Positions 63,455 to 64,000 of a stretch of 64,000 bases of DNA are shown piece by piece (within the stretch, counting starts at the first letter, position 1; each line of letters opens with the position of its first letter). Both the position numbers and the translations under genes were made by a program. The notes below the pieces were generated by a model. That model searched no databases. It saw only the letters and a program-made list of their open reading frames with translations, and was not told the origin of the DNA. The stretch spans positions 2,600,612-2,664,611 of the forward strand of contig OZ245364.1 in the NCBI GenBank assembly GCA_965226545.1, given 5' to 3'. This stretch comes from Candidatus Poriferihabitaceae bacterium. Its GTDB lineage: Bacteria > Pseudomonadota > Gammaproteobacteria > Arenicellales > Poriferihabitantaceae.

Positions 63455-64000
63455 CGTTTTTTACCCTCTGCATCTTGGTCAACGATTTCGTAAGCCCGCA
63501 CAACAATCGAGTCGCTTACGGGTTTTTCGAGAGAAACTTGCAGGGCAACGCGCGGAATTGTGCCGTCACCCAATTTTTCGACCTGCAAGGCAACACTTTT
63601 ACCTTTAACCTCCGCTTTGTTGCCGGCGAAATTCGCATCGACGATGCCGAGCACGCCATCCACTTTGCCGTCATCGCCTCTCACCTCAAGCAAGACGTAC
63701 ATTTTTCCAGATTTCTCCGCGGTAAAGAAAACGGTTTTCTTTTCACCGCTCGTGGTGTCCGCAACAACGCGAACGTTGTTTATTACAACGGCTTTTCTTG
63801 GTGTTTTGGTGCCTTCGGTGCCTTCCTCGGTTTTCACACCACCTCCGCCACCGCCAACACCACCACTATTGTGGTCACTGTCGCCTTCAACATCACCCGA
63901 ATCCCCGTCGTCATCGTCAATCACGAGGGCTGGGATTGACCGTCTTCTTTGCGGTTTTAACGTGCAGTCTGAAATCCCCTCGATATCCGGCTCATCACCA
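63451..64000 (-). CDS. C-terminal part of a larger hypothetical protein whose 5' end lies beyond the window
   Basis: The frame stays open upstream of the ORF-track GTG (63924) to the window edge (...GDEPDIEGISDCTLKPQRRRSIPALVIDDDD...). An acidic/Gly-rich linker (DDDDGDSGDVEGDSDHNSGGVGGGGGG) is followed by an approximately 110-aa beta-rich domain. Confidence 0.55.
   Translation of the reverse strand, partial: GDEPDIEGISDCTLKPQRRRSIPALVIDDDDGDSGDVEGDSDHNSGGVGGGGGGVKTEEGTEGTKTPRKAVVINNVRVVADTTSGEKKTVFFTAEKSGKMYVLLEVRGDDGKVDGVLGIVDANFAGNKAEVKGKSVALQVEKLGDGTIPRVALQVSLEKPVSDSIVVRAYEIVDQDAEGKKR

Overview
This is a 64-kb, densely coding chromosomal segment. Judging by synteny it comes from a high-GC, Gammaproteobacteria-like genome: tolQRA-tolB-pal-cpoB-tRNA-Lys, yebC-ruvCAB, aroKB and argH-lptM-lysA are all present. 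All calls rest on reading the ORF translations and the DNA by eye, with no searches run, so homology calls are recalled family signatures and GC values are rough counts.

I can support about 60 protein genes, one tRNA-Lys(UUU), one cobalamin riboswitch, an FNR/DNR-type box in front of nirK, and several hairpin terminators. Housekeeping blocks include:
- a DUF1611 protein with an enolase-type epimerase
- pta, nirK and xsc
- ald, and a LIV-type ABC importer
- mrcA, aroK-aroB, aroE
- an RND efflux pair
- a B12-riboswitch-controlled btuB-cobQ-btuF operon
- sufSE

Four things stand out.
1. A self-contained four-gene envelope module at 19.1-24.2 kb. It has a divergent ExbB/MotA-like channel with an expanded N-terminal polytopic domain, two ExbD/TolR-like partners (one is 620 aa with a Gly/Pro/Asp-rich linker and a second TM), and a membrane-anchored tandem FGE-sulfatase-fold protein. 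I cannot assign it to any described system. Its part list recalls GldL/GldM/GldK of Bacteroidota T9SS. It is my best candidate for a novel system.
2. A low-GC, translationally coupled operon of unknown function at 61.8-64.0 kb. It abuts yebC with a 14-nt gap and runs off the window, and may be a defence-island-like insertion.
3. A low-GC pair at 9.4-10.6 kb, made of a T4 endonuclease V (denV) homologue and a SLOG/DUF2493-like Rossmann protein, start/stop-coupled to ald.
4. Almost every intergenic spacer is an AT-rich block of short-period (5/6/9/11/12 nt) degenerate tandem repeats. The same kind of repeat has been absorbed in-frame into several coding genes (pta, cobQ, argH, btuF, an SDR, and the giant ExbD-like protein).
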